A stretch of 63,536 nt of DNA, counting the filler, from Octopus bimaculoides (Eukaryota), in NCBI RefSeq assembly GCF_001194135.2. It is 7 parts of 6 records of this genome, joined end to end, with 100 filler letters (N's around TTAATTAATTAA, not from the genome) between each part and the next. Parts side by side here need not be neighbours in the genome. Positions count along the whole stretch, not along the records: positions 31,669 to 36,692 come from NC_068991.1; positions 36,793 to 53,506 come from NC_068995.1; 5 more parts are not named here. One strand, 5' to 3'. Position 1 is the stretch's first letter; each line of letters starts with the position of its first letter. Of the stretch, positions 36,468-49,150 are shown one piece after another. Below the pieces are notes generated by a model. The model ran no database searches. It saw nothing but the letters and a program-made list of their open reading frames with translations, and was not told where the DNA came from. Position numbers and translations under genes: made by a program.

Positions 36468-36692
36468 CATCATCATCATCATCATCATCGTTTAACGTCC
36501 GCTTTCCATGCTAGCATGGGTTGGACGATTTGACCGAGGACTGGTGAAACCGGATGGCAACACCAGGCTCCAGTCTGATTTGGCAGAGTTTCTACAGCTG
36601 GATGCCCTTCCTAACGCCAACCACTCAGAGAGTGTAGTGGGTGCTTTTACGTGTCACCCGCACGAAAACGGCCACGCTCGAAATGGTGTCTT
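36468..36692 (-). mobile_element. SINE family E 3' part with (GAT)n tail
   Basis: (TCA)n followed by TCGTTTAACGTCCGCTTTCCATGCTAGCATGGG...GGATGCCCTTCCTAACGCCAACCACTC; CpG-rich, so young; runs into a spacer gap. Confidence 0.82.
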
Positions 36693-36879
36693 NNNNNNNN
36701 NNNNNNNNNNNNNNNNNNNNNNNNNNNNNNNNNNNNTTAATTAATTAANNNNNNNNNNNNNNNNNNNNNNNNNNNNNNNNNNNNNNNNNNNNATATATGT
36801 ATGTATATACATATATATAAAATGGTGGTGCCGAGCATGGCCGCAGTCTCAAATTTGAAACATATATATATATATATAT

Positions 36880-37290
36880 ATACGTATGTATTCTTTCTAT
36901 CTTACATGTTTCAGCCGTAAGGCTCTTGCTATGCTGGAGCTCTGCCATCGTAATCCCCCTTCGCACGGTCAGATCTAAGTGATTGGCTTTTGGTGTATGA
37001 TAGAGTTGGACGCTGCTGCCCTCTCGTGTTTCCTGCCTTGATATCGTTCCATCTGGAACGCAGTATTTCAAGATTTCTCTTGAAAGCATCTACCCCACGT
37101 CCTACTCCATGAAGATCCCTGGGATATTTTGTCAAGTTGCTAAATAGCTGTGTGCACTTGAATCCTTAGCTATTGCACTACATGTTTCTTATTCTAGGTA
37201 GGATAGCTGGAACCCTCGGAACAGTGTTGCGACATAGAGTCGGGGGCTGGTATAGTTCCCGATACCAAAGTTTGGTACCAGTACCGGTAG
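36880..37290 (-). mobile_element. CR1-like LINE 3' fragment
   Basis: LVPNFGIGNYTSPR, *CNS*GFKCTQLF and KYPRDLHGVGRGVDAFKRNL, then tail GGCAGAGCTCCAGCATAGC...GCTGAAACATGTAAGATAGAAAG. Confidence 0.75.
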
Positions 37291-37468
37291 GTACTTCAAT
37301 GTGCTAGTACCGACAGGTACTTCCAAAAGACAAATTTGTTTTTTTATTTTTAGAACACAGGACATGGAAGACACTGTTTTCGACAACATCTCCACATGGC
37401 ACGCTTTTGGAAATGAAATGTATAAATAGTATGTGTGTGTGTATGTATGTGTGTGTATTTGTGTGCAC

Positions 37469-37508
<40 letters not shown>

Positions 37509-38720
37509 NNNNNNNNNNNNNNNNNNNNNNNNNNNNNNNNNNNNNNNNNNNNNNNNNNNNNNNNNNNNNNNNNNNNNNNNNNNNNNNNNNNNNNNNNNNN
37601 NNNNNNNNNNNNNNNNNNNNNNNNNNNNNNNNNNNNNNNNNNNNNNNNNNNNNNNNNNNNNNNNNNNNNNNNNNNNNNNNNNNNNNNNNNNNNNNNNNNN
37701 NNNNNNNNNNNNNNNNNNNNNNNNNNNNNNNNNNNNNNNNNNNNNNNNNNNNNNNNNNNNNNNNNNNNNNNNNNNNNNNNNNNNNNNNNNNNNNNNNNNN
37801 NNNNNNNNNNNNNNNNNNNNNNNNNNNNNNNNNNNNNNNNNNNNNNNNNNNNNNNNNNNNNNNNNNNNNNNNNNNNNNNNNNNNNNNNNNNNNNNNNNNN
37901 NNNNNNNGTTGACGATTGAACAGACGACAGACGCCGTGTAGGACATATACATTTTATTGGGAAATGAACCGAAAGTGATCAGCGATATGAATGATCATTT
38001 TGAAAACAAACAGAGAACAACATCATCCATGGGAAGTTTCTATGTTAAGTGTGAGGAGATCCAATTCAAGGTGAACCTGAACGACAAGAAACAATGGAAA
38101 ATGTAATGAATTCAACAGCGAATCTTGAAGAATATGCAGAATAAAAGGAATGGGACAATGTGAAGAATATAAGCTTCGGAAAGACAAAGAAAAAGTTTTA
38201 TGAGGAATTATCTAAGCAAAAAATATAACATATGGACACTTCATGAACTGAACTGTTCCAGATAGAGAATAAGGAAGATTTTTTGTTTGTTTGTTTGTTG
38301 TTTTATAGAAGAATAATAGAAGGAGAAAATCGCTTAAAACTTCTCTCTAAACTGCAAAACAAAAGGAAATATGAACGAGGAATATGAAGGAACTGCTGTT
38401 TAACTGAATAGTTAATTGAAATGGTGAGAAGCAAACCATATGGAAGTTCCATATCCCATATGCCTGAAGTAGACCTTTATGATTGTTATATAAATTACAT
38501 GACCTATTTTTTGTCATTTAATAATAAGATGTTCATCTGAAGTAGGTGAATAGCTCACTGGTTGGTTTCAGTTAACGACTGACCCCTCTGTCCTCCACAG
38601 CAAGATATTATCAACGCCAACAATGTTTTCTGCTTATATTTATGGCCTTCGTTATCAAGGATTAATTCTCTTGCATTATAAAAAGACCTTATTGATCTTA
38701 GCCAAGGAATTATGCATTAA

Positions 38721-38857
38721 TCCTTTTGAGCGCTGACCTCCTGAACCTTATTTGACTATATACCTGACTTCCTGATGAACTCCACCGGTAGCGCGGTGCT
38801 ACGGTATAGAGAAAAATAAGCCATCTACTGGTAAACTGGCATTACGGGCTCAAAGGG
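38721..38857. mobile_element. Small piggyBac-like MITE candidate
   Basis: TTAA|TCCTTTTGAGC ... GCTCAAAGGG|TTAG imperfect TIRs, with an internal GTAGC/GCTAC hairpin. Confidence 0.42.
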
Positions 38858-39099
38858 TTAGGACATACTAACTGGACATTCACCTTGGTCTCTTGATGAT
38901 GATGAGTTAGATTCTACCAAGACCAAAAAATATATACAATAGGCAAGGAGTCTAAAATTGTTTGCTTTTCTTCATTTACATCCATATTTCATTAATTGGA
39001 TGACGGATACACTGGGTATGGGAAAATATTTACTCGAACAAATAAACATCAGTACGTTCTTTTTATGTTTGGGACTTATTGCATTAGTTCTTTTTTTCT

Positions 39100-39188
39100 T
39101 TTTTCAAACTGCTAACTTACTGGGATGTAAATAAACGAACAGCGGTTGTTAAGCAGTGGTGGTGGTGAACAAAGAAAAACACAGACAT

Positions 39189-39236
<48 letters not shown>

Positions 39237-39348
39237 ATATATATATACGTGTACACACGACAGTCTTCCATACAGTTTCCGAGCCATAAATTCGCTCACA
39301 AACCAAGGCTCAAGGACAACAATTGCGTAGGGCACTGCGCAGTGGCAT
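39100..39348 (-). mobile_element. SINE family C, diverged and internally deleted
   Basis: CAGCGGTTGTTAAGC..(CA)n..CAGTTTCCG...TCACAAACCAAGG. Confidence 0.62.
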
Positions 39349-39631
39349 TACATCTAAAATATATATATATATATATATTATATTATATTAAGGGCATTAC
39401 TATACATAAATGCCTCACGCTAGGAGGGACTCTTAAAATCAAAACTACCATAATAAACTCATAGTACATATATATATATATATATAAGTATGTATATACA
39501 TATATATAAGAATTTGTGTTGCAAGGTTATTGATCTGAAGCCGTGTGTTGAAACAGATATTGTCATGTTTCGGAATGATAATGTTTTTTTTTTTCTTTTC
39601 TCTAATAAAACTTATTTTATCGTATGTCCAT

Positions 39632-39680
39632 TGTCTGGAAAACTTTCGTCGTGCATTTATGACTTCTTCAGCGACACTTT
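39632..39680 (-). ncRNA. Decayed hammerhead-like motif (Penelope-type end)
   Basis: Minus strand TGTCG-CTGAAGA-A-GTC[ATAAATGCAC]GAC-GAAA-GTTTTC-CAGACA. Confidence 0.35.
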
Positions 39681-42290
39681 CCATCCACGCGTGTCATCTT
39701 GCTCCGCTTAATCCATTCTATCCTTCTACGATGTGTTTCCTATATATATATATATATATATAATTTTTGTCATTCTACTGCTACCTGATCACGACATGTA
39801 TTACAAACATAGGCTACAAGCGTATCGGTTTGACCATGTTGATACAGTACGAAAATAACGTTTTGGGATGTGATAAAAAAAAAAAATCTATCCCTTCTCC
39901 CCCATGTCACGAGTTACGAGTTCTATATCAGATAATATTTGCACAACATATAACATACACTTTCATATATTTTTTAACCCTTACATTACCTACACGTATA
40001 CACACAATGACTTATTCATTCATTCATTATCTCCCTTTGATATTTCTCACGCCTTAACTTCTGTATTTTTGTACTGTCACTTTTCATTTCTCTTTTCCTA
40101 CCTTCTCTCTAATTTTTTTCTCTTTTTCCTTTATTTAATATTGTCTGTCTCTGTTACCTTGCTACATTCATCGATTATCCTCTCTTTCATTTTATTTGCT
40201 TTCCCTTTCTTGGTTTAGCGCCATGTCCTCTGTCCATTTTCACAATGTCCTTTCTCACTGATCAGATTATCGCCCCTTCTCACTCTCTCTCTCCCCTCCA
40301 CCTCTCTCACTCTCGGTGACTGAATCAAAATAGAAACAGAGTGAGATAGCAGAGAGTAAGGGAGAAATATAATATGAGGATGAAGGGAACATATCTAAAA
40401 GAGAAAGAGAGAGAGTTCTGATCCCTTATTTTCAATGCTTTACGTGATTTCATCCACGTTTTGCAGCCAGCTCTAAATTCCTTTACAAATATATTTTCAT
40501 TCTCACCTTTCTCTTTGTTCTTCTTTCTCATCTTTCTCTCCATCTACCCTCTCTCTTTCTCTCTCTCCCCCATCTCTCTCTAACTCATTCTATCTTTCGC
40601 TATTCTGTTTCGATTTATACTCGCTTTTTCGATGTCCATACATTAAATATACCTGCTATCTCCCATCGACTGCTTATGTACATACACAGATACATAGATA
40701 CCTAGATACATACACGTATACATACATATATACATACATGCATACATTCATGTATACATTCATGCATACATATATAAGGGCATACATACATTGACACATA
40801 CATATATATATATATATGTGTGTGTGTATGTATGTGTATATACATATATGTATGTATGTATATAAATATATACACATACGCGCACACACACACATATATA
40901 TATACATACACATATACACATGTATACACACACACACGTGCATGTATGCACATGAAATATATATATCTAGATAGACAGATTAATACATACATGCATGCAT
41001 GCATATGTGGATGAAGCATTTATATATACGTGTGCGTGTGTGTATGCGTATGTGCGCGCTCGAGCTTGTGTGTGTGTGTGTGTGTTACTGTCTCCTGGAC
41101 CTCATACATTCTCATGCACGATCTATCTATGTGTATCTACCACTTATACTTTTCTCCTACATCATAGGCATAGACATAAAACACCATCTCTTGTATATTA
41201 CCCGACATCTTCCTCTCTCCCCATTTCTATCGATCTTTCTCAAACCTACCGTTTCTCTAACTTCCCCTACTCTCCCACTCGCCGTCTCTCTCACACAAGC
41301 ACCCTCCATCTCTGTTTATCATCAATCAATCTATTTGCTACCTCTCCAAATCCCTCTCCCACCCAACTGGTCCTATCCTCTAGATTCTACTACTACATAG
41401 ATGTCAGGTTTAGATTCAATTGCAACACCCTAGTTATCAGCCAAAATGCATTTAGTCGCTAATACTTTAGTAAAATCCAATTTGCCGTGTTGTACCTTGA
41501 GGTCAATTCTTCTTACCTGGTCCATCAAACTTTCTCTAACCTCTCTCACATTTGCTTGGGGTCAGTTGAGATTCTGTNNNNNNNNNNNNNNNNNNNNNNN
41601 NNNNNNNNNNNNNNNNNNNNNNNNNNNNNNNNNNNNNNNNNNNNNNNNNNNNNNNNNNNNNNNNNNNNNNNNNNNNNNNNNNNNNNNNNNNNNNNNNNNN
41701 NNNNNNNNNNNNNNNNNNNNNNNNNNNNNNNNNNNNNNNNNNNNNNNNNNNNNNNNNNNNNNNNNNNNNNNNNNNNNNNNNNNNNNNNNNNNNNNNNNNN
41801 NNNNNNNNNNNNNNNNNNNNNNNNNNNNNNNNNNNNNNNNNNNNNNNNNNNNNNNNNNNNNNNNNNNNNNNNNNNNNNNNNNNNNNNNNNNNNNNNNNNN
41901 NNNNNNNNNNNNNNNNNNNNNNNNNNNNNNNNNNNNNNNNNNNNNNNNNNNNNNNNNNNNNNNNNNNNNNNNNNNNNNNNNNNNNNNNNNNNNNNNNNNN
42001 NNNNNNNNNNNNNNNNNNNNNNNNNNNNNNNNNNNNNNNNNNNNNNNNNNNNNNNNNNNNNNNNNNNNNNNNNNNNNNNNNNNNNNNNNNNNNNNNNNNN
42101 NNNNNNNNNNNNNNNNNNNNNNNNNNNNNNNNNNNNNNNNNNNNNNNNNNNNNNNNNNNNNNNNNNNNNNNNNNNNNNNNNNNNNNNNNNNNNNNNNNTA
42201 CATATATATATATACACATATGTGTGTATGTATGTATATATATATATATATAAATACATATATATGTATAATATGTATATATACATACAT

Positions 42291-42323
<33 letters not shown>

Positions 42324-42785
42324 GCATAATATTTATATTAGTCCTAAGAATGTATTACAAATTTGCTTTAATAATTATAGTTTTCTTACAACCAAAGTGA
42401 TAAATCCATAATTGTGATAAATGTCACCTATAATCCCATAACCCGTGCGTCCTCACGTTCAAAATTCCTAATGAAACCCGCAATTACGTACATAAGCAGC
42501 CCAACCGGCTTCTGAAATGTTTAAAACAAACAATTTAATTTAAAATGTTTCAGAGAAACGCTGTAATCTCCATGCATGTCAGTAAATTACTAATAATTTT
42601 TAATATCATCTTGACCTTTCATATGGCCATGTCTTATACGAGAACATTGTAGATCCGAAATTTACATGAACAATAGATGATTATCGAAATACAGAAAATC
42701 TGATGGTTTAATCCGCCATACAATTTAGCTGCTCACTACTAACAGTGATTTTTTTCATTAAACACTTCGGACTCGAACATATTTT

Positions 42786-42900
42786 TTATTCTTTTATTTG
42801 TTTCAGGCATTTGACTGCGGCCATGCTGGAGCACCGCCTCAAGTCGAACAAATCGACACGAGGGCTTATTTTCTTGTAAGCCTAGTACTTATTCTATCGT
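42786..42900 (-). mobile_element. SINE family C 3' end
   Basis: GACTGCGGCCATGCTGGAGCACCGCC...GCCTAGTACTTATTCTATCG. Confidence 0.85.
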
Positions 42901-42949
42901 TCGAGCTTTAAATGCCCGGTGAAGTGTATAACGTAACTAACTGACACTA

Positions 42950-43250
42950 CGTACTCCAGTTGATCCGATCAACGGAACAGAATTCTCGTGAAATTAATGT
43001 GCAAGTGGTTGGGTGCTCCACGAATACGCGTACTCTTTAACGGAGATCTCAGGGAACTTCAGCATGACATAGAATGTCACAAGGGCTGGTCCTTTGAATT
43101 ACAGTTAGAAATTCGGTTTTGCCAGCTAAGTGGACCAGAGCAGCCTGAAATGAAGCGTTTCGCTGAAGGCCACAACGTACCTCCAGGAATCGAACTCATG
43201 AGCTTACAATCGTGAGTTGAATACCTTGACCACCAAGCCGTGCTCCTTGA
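42950..43250 (-). mobile_element. SINE with head D + tail A
   Basis: CCAGTTGATCCGATCAACGGAAC...CCTTTGAATTACAG, then TTTTGCCAGCTAAGTGGACCAGAGC...TTACAATCGTGAGTTGAATACC...CCAAGCCGTGCTCCTT. Confidence 0.82.
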
Positions 43251-43859
43251 CAAGTGTATAATATAATGCGCACACAAATTACACTAAAATGCATATCTCT
43301 TACCCTGCTAACCGTTTTAAATTTCGCTTCAATCGATATATCTATTCGTTTATAAACTCCACTGGAAGGAACGACAAATCAATTTAAAATTTATATTAGG
43401 AAAGAGAAATGCGCACTTATGGCTGAAATAGAAAATTTTCACTACGATATCATCTTACTGAAGAGAGAGAGAGAACTTGTAACGTACGTATTCCTAAGAC
43501 CTGTGACATTAATTTTGTCAATGATATATTACTTAATTCGTATGTAGATAAAATATATTCATGGAAACAATGCATCCTAAAATCTTTTTACAAACTTTCA
43601 ATGTATTTTGATATTTCTTATTGTTGATACGTCTTGTAACAGTTCCTACCTAGGGGCCAACTCTAAACTGATGTTGATATTAAGCACTCGNNNNNNNNNN
43701 NNNNNNNTATCGATGAATTGTTTGCTGCCATACAATTTTTGTATATCATTTTCGACCTTTATTGTTTTAGGTCTCCTCTTAATTTCAGTATGTCTGCAAT
43801 ATTATAGTTTCTATTCTTCCAGGCAATTTCTCTGATATCAAAGATATCGCTTTATTGAA

Positions 43860-44445
43860 ATTGCTTTCTGCGGTGTTTGAGCCAATCCAACAACTGTGAC
43901 CCTCTGCTCTACACAGATGTTGATGTTTCCCAGTATACAGTTGTGTGACAATTCCGTTCCCTACATCAAAAGTCCTATTGCTCTAAATAACCCCAAATAT
44001 ATTATCACCATATTCGTGTTCTACATGCCCTTAATTTCGATCTCCACGCCTTTGCAGCTATCTTTGATTTTTCAGGAAGTGTTTTCTCACGGACGTTCAT
44101 GTAATATCAGTAAATTATACTCCAGTGACCCTGCAGCCCTTAATGACGACGTCAAGCTTGTTGTCATTAATATCTATATCGATGTGGATGGGCCAATCAC
44201 AGGGGACGTGATGGCACTATTGACTGAAGTTCATCACATCTCTCAACTGCCTTGATTCTGTAAAACCTGCATATTTTACATTACATGTACGCCGCTGGCT
44301 TGTTATATCTGTTGATGTTTACAATCTTTGCTATTTCTAGGTATTTCTAGACATTTTTTATATACCATCCTAAGCTGTTTTTCTCTGCTTCGATCTAGTC
44401 ATGGCAACTGATCAAACCTCTCCCACCCTTTCTTCTGGACCACAT
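43860..44445 (-). pseudogene. R4/Dong-like LINE relic (restriction-like endonuclease end), internally deleted
   Basis: Manual translation EEKGGRGLISCHD*IEAEKNSLGWYIKN, DWPIHIDIDINDNKLDVVIK, GVEIEIKGM*...LGLFRAIG and ILGNINIC..RVTVVG. Confidence 0.72.
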
Positions 44446-44446
44446 T

Positions 44447-44456
44447 TATTATTATA

Positions 44457-44522
<66 letters not shown>

Positions 44523-44543
44523 GTTATTACTATTATTATTATT
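44447..44543. repeat. (TAT)n microsatellite
   Basis: Direct reading. Confidence 0.95.
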
Positions 44544-44544
44544 T

Positions 44545-44740
44545 CAAGTGGTGAACTGGCTGAAACATTAGCGGCATTTCGTCCATTTTCACTTTCTGAG
44601 TTCAAATGTTGACGTGTTCGATTGTGCCTTTCATCCTATCAGGGTCGATAAAATAAGTACCAGTTGAGTACTGGGGGGGTCAATGTAATCAACTTACACC
44701 TCCCGCGAAATTACTGGCCTTGTACCAAAATTTGAAATCA
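44545..44740 (+). mobile_element. SINE family B
   Basis: GCCTTTCATCCTATCAGGGTCGATAAAATAAGTACCAG...CTGGCCTTGTACCAAAATTTGAAATC. Confidence 0.82.
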
Positions 44741-44744
44741 TCAA

Positions 44745-44779
<35 letters not shown>

Positions 44780-44809
44780 CTAGTAGTAGTAGTAGTAGTA
44801 GTAGTATCA

Positions 44810-44925
44810 TTACCTGCTAATATGGTGTTGCACTCATAATCGTAAGGTTGCAGTTTCGATTCCTTCATTTCACGTCGCTCAAGTCTACTCAACTGGCAAA
44901 AAAAAAATGTAAGCCCACTCTAACT
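44810..44925 (+). mobile_element. SINE D-type head fragment
   Basis: GTTGCACTCATAATCGTAAGGTTGCAGTTTCGATTCC, then TTCATTTCACGTCGCTC...CTGGCAAAAA. Confidence 0.6.
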
Positions 44926-45089
44926 GACCAGCTTCCGGTTCTTAATATATATACCGCATAATAGGGAAAACTGGCCTTATGGATCGGGAAGGACCCATGA
45001 TCCTTTTAGTTCAACATGCTAATCTAATTAGCAAGAATGTCATCACGAGTTTTGCTGAAAGCTGAAAAAACAAATTTTCTCAAATCAAG

Positions 45090-45300
45090 AATTTTTCTTT
45101 GGATTCTTACAGAATATTGGATGGCACTTTTCTGTATGTTTCAATTCCAATGTCTTTGAAGCTTTCAGGTAGCATTTCGGGTTTTGTGCCAAGCGCAATA
45201 ATTAACAATCCCATAAATGTTGTCTTAGATCGCCACAGTCTCTTCAGCTTTCGCACTGTCATCATTAGTCTTTATTTTATGAACGCAGTAAGTACCTGAA
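45090..45300 (-). pseudogene. Second R4/Dong-like LINE C-terminal relic
   Basis: RKLKRLWRSKTTFMGLLIIALGTKPEMLPESFKDIGIET resembles ELKRLWxxKxxVIPIVIGALGxxP. Confidence 0.55.
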
Positions 45301-46389
45301 AAGTATTATTTCTGATATCTTAGATCTGTGAATTTGCAGTCGTAAATTTTTTTGCACATTAATGACATTGGTTAATGGGTAATTAACTACAATATTATTT
45401 GCCCGAAATAGTGCATGCATACACAATGTTTTTAAAGTATCTCCCGATTTCTATTACAAATATTTACGTAATTACCTTAAGCTTTTGTAGTTTTATAATT
45501 TATTATTCATTCAATAATTTATGCTCAATTATATTACGAAACAGATGGCTATGATTTAAATGGGATAATTTACGAGTATTTGATAGGGATTTAATTTTTA
45601 AAGCAGTGCACTCTCTAATCATCCTATTTTATAATTATGCATAAAAAATATAAAAAAGAAAATATACAGCGGCTGCTTCATATGTACGTATTGCTTTAAA
45701 TATAGATACATGTGGGTGCATATNNNNNNNNNNNNNNNNNNNNNNNNNNNNNNNNNNNNNNNNNNNNNNNNNNNNNNNNNNNNNNNNNNNNNNNNNNNNN
45801 NNNNNNNNNNNNNNNNNNNNNNNNNNNNNNNNNNNNNNNNNNNNNNNNNNNNNNNNNNNNNNNNNNNNNNNNNNNNNNNNNNNNNNNNNNNNNNNNNNNN
45901 NNNNNNNNNNNNNNNNNNNNNNNNNNNNNNNNNNNNNNNNNNNNNNNNNNNNNNNNNNNNNNNNNNNNNNNNNNNNNNNNNNNNNNNNNNNNNNNNNNNN
46001 NNNNNNNNNNNNNNNNNNNNNNNNNNNNNNNNNNNNNNNNNNNNNNNNNNNNNNNNNNNNNNNNNNNNNNNNNNNNNNNNNNNNNNNNNNNNNNNNNNNN
46101 NNNNNNNNNNNNNNNNNNNNNNNNNNNNNNNNNNNNNNNNNNNNNNNNNNNNNNNNNNNNNNNNNNNNNNNNNNNNNNNNNNNNNNNNNNNNNNNNNNNN
46201 NNNNNNNNNNNNNNNNNNNNNNNNNNNNNNNNNNNNNNNNNNNNNNNNNNNNNNNNNNNNNNNNNNNNNNNNNNNNNNNNNNNNNNNNNNNNNNNNNNNN
46301 NNNNNNNNNNNNNNNNNNNNNNNNNNNNNNNNNNNNNNNNNNNNNNNNNNNNNNNNNNNNNNNNNNNNATATATATATATATATATATA

Positions 46390-46760
46390 CGAGAATGAGT
46401 CAAAAAGTAAGGCCATAATTACCAACATAGGAACATGTATCGTACATCAAAATAAAGTTGGTCCTCTGTGGATCACATCCCTACTTCTCAACATAGTCAC
46501 AGTTTCTCTGTATAGCAATGTCTCACCATCGAATGAGAGCATGTATACCTGTCACATAAAATTCTCTTGGCTGTTCTTTGAGCCACTTCTTCACTACACT
46601 TTTCACTTCCTCGTCAATGGAATGTTTGCCTCTCAAACCCTCTTTCATATAGTTTGTGATATGCTGAGGGATAACGTTAAGAGAAAAATTATCTATGAAA
46701 TACTCAGCCACGTACAGTGTTATTCAAATCGATCTACTGCTTATCATAGCTAACCGAAAA
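46390..46760 (-). mobile_element. mariner 3' fragment with one TIR
   Basis: MKEGLRGKHSIDEEVKSVVKKWLKEQPREFYVTGIHALIRW*...DYVEK; TA|CGAGAATGAGTCAAAAAGTAAGG is a TIR-like end. Confidence 0.75.
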
Positions 46761-47100
46761 TCTGCTTAACTGATTTGTATATATATTTTCAATTTTGTCT
46801 TATGAAAACATATCTGTGTTTATAAATACACATATCCATATCAATCCACATTTCATTCTGTCTAGTATACACATAGACACATATGTGAGTAAATATGCAC
46901 ACAAACATATATGGATTATTTATATATGTTAATGCAAATGCACATACACGTACACATATGCATATAAATATATATGCAAGCATATATGTCTATGTGTGTG
47001 TGCGTATATGTATGTATGTATACATATATACGTGTATGTATATATTTATATATATATTAAAATGTCTGTGTGTATATATATATATATTTAACTGTCTGTG

Positions 47101-47162
<62 letters not shown>

Positions 47163-47923
47163 AATATTTGTGTGTATATATATANNNNNNNNNNNNNNNN
47201 NNNNNNNNNNNNNNNNNNNNNNNNNNNNNNNNNNNNNNNNNNNNNNNNNNNNNNNNNNNNNNNNNNNNNNNNNNNNNNNNNNNNNNNNNNNNNNNNNNNN
47301 NNNNNNNNNNNNNNNNNNNNNNNNNNNNNNNNNNNNNNNNNNNNNNNNNNNNNNNNNNNNNNNNNNNNNNNNNNNNNNNNNNNNNNNNNNNNNNNNNNNN
47401 NNNNNNNNNNNNNNNNNNNNNNNNNNNNNNNNNNNNNNNNNNNNNNNNNNNNNNNNNNNNNNNNNNNNNNNNNNNNNNNNNNNNNNNNNNNNNNNNNNNN
47501 NNNNNNNNNNNNNNNNNNNNNNNNNNNNNNNNNNNNNNNNNNNNNNNNNNNNNNNNNNNNNNNNNNNNNNNNNNNNNNNNNNNNNNNNNNNNNNNNNNNN
47601 NNNNNNNNNNNNNNNNNNNNNNNNNNNNNNNNNNNNNNNNNNNNNNNNNNNNNNNNNNNNNNNNNNNNNNNNNNNNNNNNNNNNNNNNNNNNNNNNNNNN
47701 NNNNNNNNNNNNNNNNNNNNNNNNNNNNNNNNNNNNNNNNNNNNNNNNNNNNNNNNNNNNNNNNNNNNNNNNNNNNNNNNNNNNNNNNNNNNNNNNNNNN
47801 NNNNNNNNNNNNNNNNNNNNNNNNNNNNNNNNNNNNNNNNNNNNNNNNNNNNNNNNNNNNNNNNNNNNNNNNNNNNNNNNNNNNNNTATATATATATATA
47901 TAGATAGATAGATAGATAGATAT

Positions 47924-47989
<66 letters not shown>

Positions 47990-48340
47990 GCATGCACACG
48001 TATTTATAAGTATGTATATATAGATACAGCCAATATCTGTTCTTAAATGCCTGGAGAGTTAATCTTCGCAATCTGGTACCAAAATACTCAATGGTTTTAT
48101 GACTGCCTGTTTATTCTAGGAAGGATTATTGCGTTGAGAAAACAATCAGTTAGCACGAACTATATTTGTGTAAGAACCTCTATCTTAAGCAGCTTTAGCG
48201 ATTTATATCGATGCGGTTTAATATAACGCCTCGTTGGTGTGTATGCTCCCGTATTTCTTGTTATAAATATATTTGCTCCATTTTGATTTCGTCATTAATT
48301 CTCTAAGCCGTGTTACCATAGAATGCAGGAAAAGACACCC

Positions 48341-48361
48341 TAATAATAATAATAATAATAA

Positions 48362-48441
<80 letters not shown>
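48341..48441. repeat. (AAT)n(TAG)n microsatellite
   Basis: Direct reading. Confidence 0.95.
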
Positions 48442-48442
<1 letters not shown>

Positions 48443-48713
48443 AGCAACAACATCATTACCAACAAGAATATGCCTTAGTCCAGAACTTAGATCACAAAAT
48501 ACTCGGAGAAAACATAAAACAAGCGTAAGATGCAACAAAATAATATAAATGTCTACAACTTATTTTCGTTCATATCGAACGTTCTCAAATCCGCAACTAC
48601 TGTTGTGTTATATGATAGCAAACGATACTGTTTTGTCTATTCTTTTTCTATATTTACAAATTTTATTCCTTCTTAAGTTTCTTTTAAAAATTCAATAAAT
48701 ATATATTGGTTAA

Positions 48714-48874
48714 GCAAATGCACTTTTAAAATTCGTTTTTGCTATAATTCCTCACTTCGCTGAAATCATATTTGTCAAATACACGTCCTTCGGCATTGAT
48801 TTTGTCATGACCAACGCATAGCTATACATTGAAAGTGAAGAATTATTAGAAAGGAATTCTAAAAGTGCATTTGC
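48714..48874. mobile_element. MITE-like hairpin element
   Basis: GCAAATGCACTTTTAAAATTC (48714-48734) and GAATTCTAAAAGTGCATTTGC (48854-48874) form a 20/21 inverted repeat. Confidence 0.5.
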
Positions 48875-48880
48875 ATAAAA

Positions 48881-49150
48881 GAGCTAGCAGAATCGTTAAC
48901 ACGCCGGGCGTTACGTTCTGAGTTCAAATTCCGCCGAGATCGACTTTGCCTTTCATCCTTTCGGGGTCGATTAAATAAGTACCAGTTACGCACTGGGGTC
49001 GATGTAATCGACTTAATCCCTTTGTCTGTCCTTGTTTGTCCCCTCCATATTTAGCCCCTTGTGGGCAATAATGAAATAAGAATCGTTAAGCATGCCGGAC
49101 AAAATTCTTAGCGACACTTCCTCCGTCTGGATGTTTTGAGTTCAAATTGT
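48881..49150 (+). mobile_element. SINE family B (young, second tail type) followed directly by a second B head
   Basis: Near-consensus core, tail TTTAGCCCCTTGTGGGCAATAATGAAATAAG, then AATCGTTAAGCATGCCGGACAAAATTCTTAGC. Confidence 0.88.

Noticed and set aside
37255-37325. GGTACC/GTACC-rich stretch resembling hAT subterminal repeats
   Set aside because: The minus strand translates as the LVPNFGI motif of the CR1-like LINE, which explains it.
38773-38818. CTGATGA plus hairpin inside the small MITE
   Set aside because: The stem closes onto AAAA rather than a correctly placed GAAA, and there is no stem I or III.
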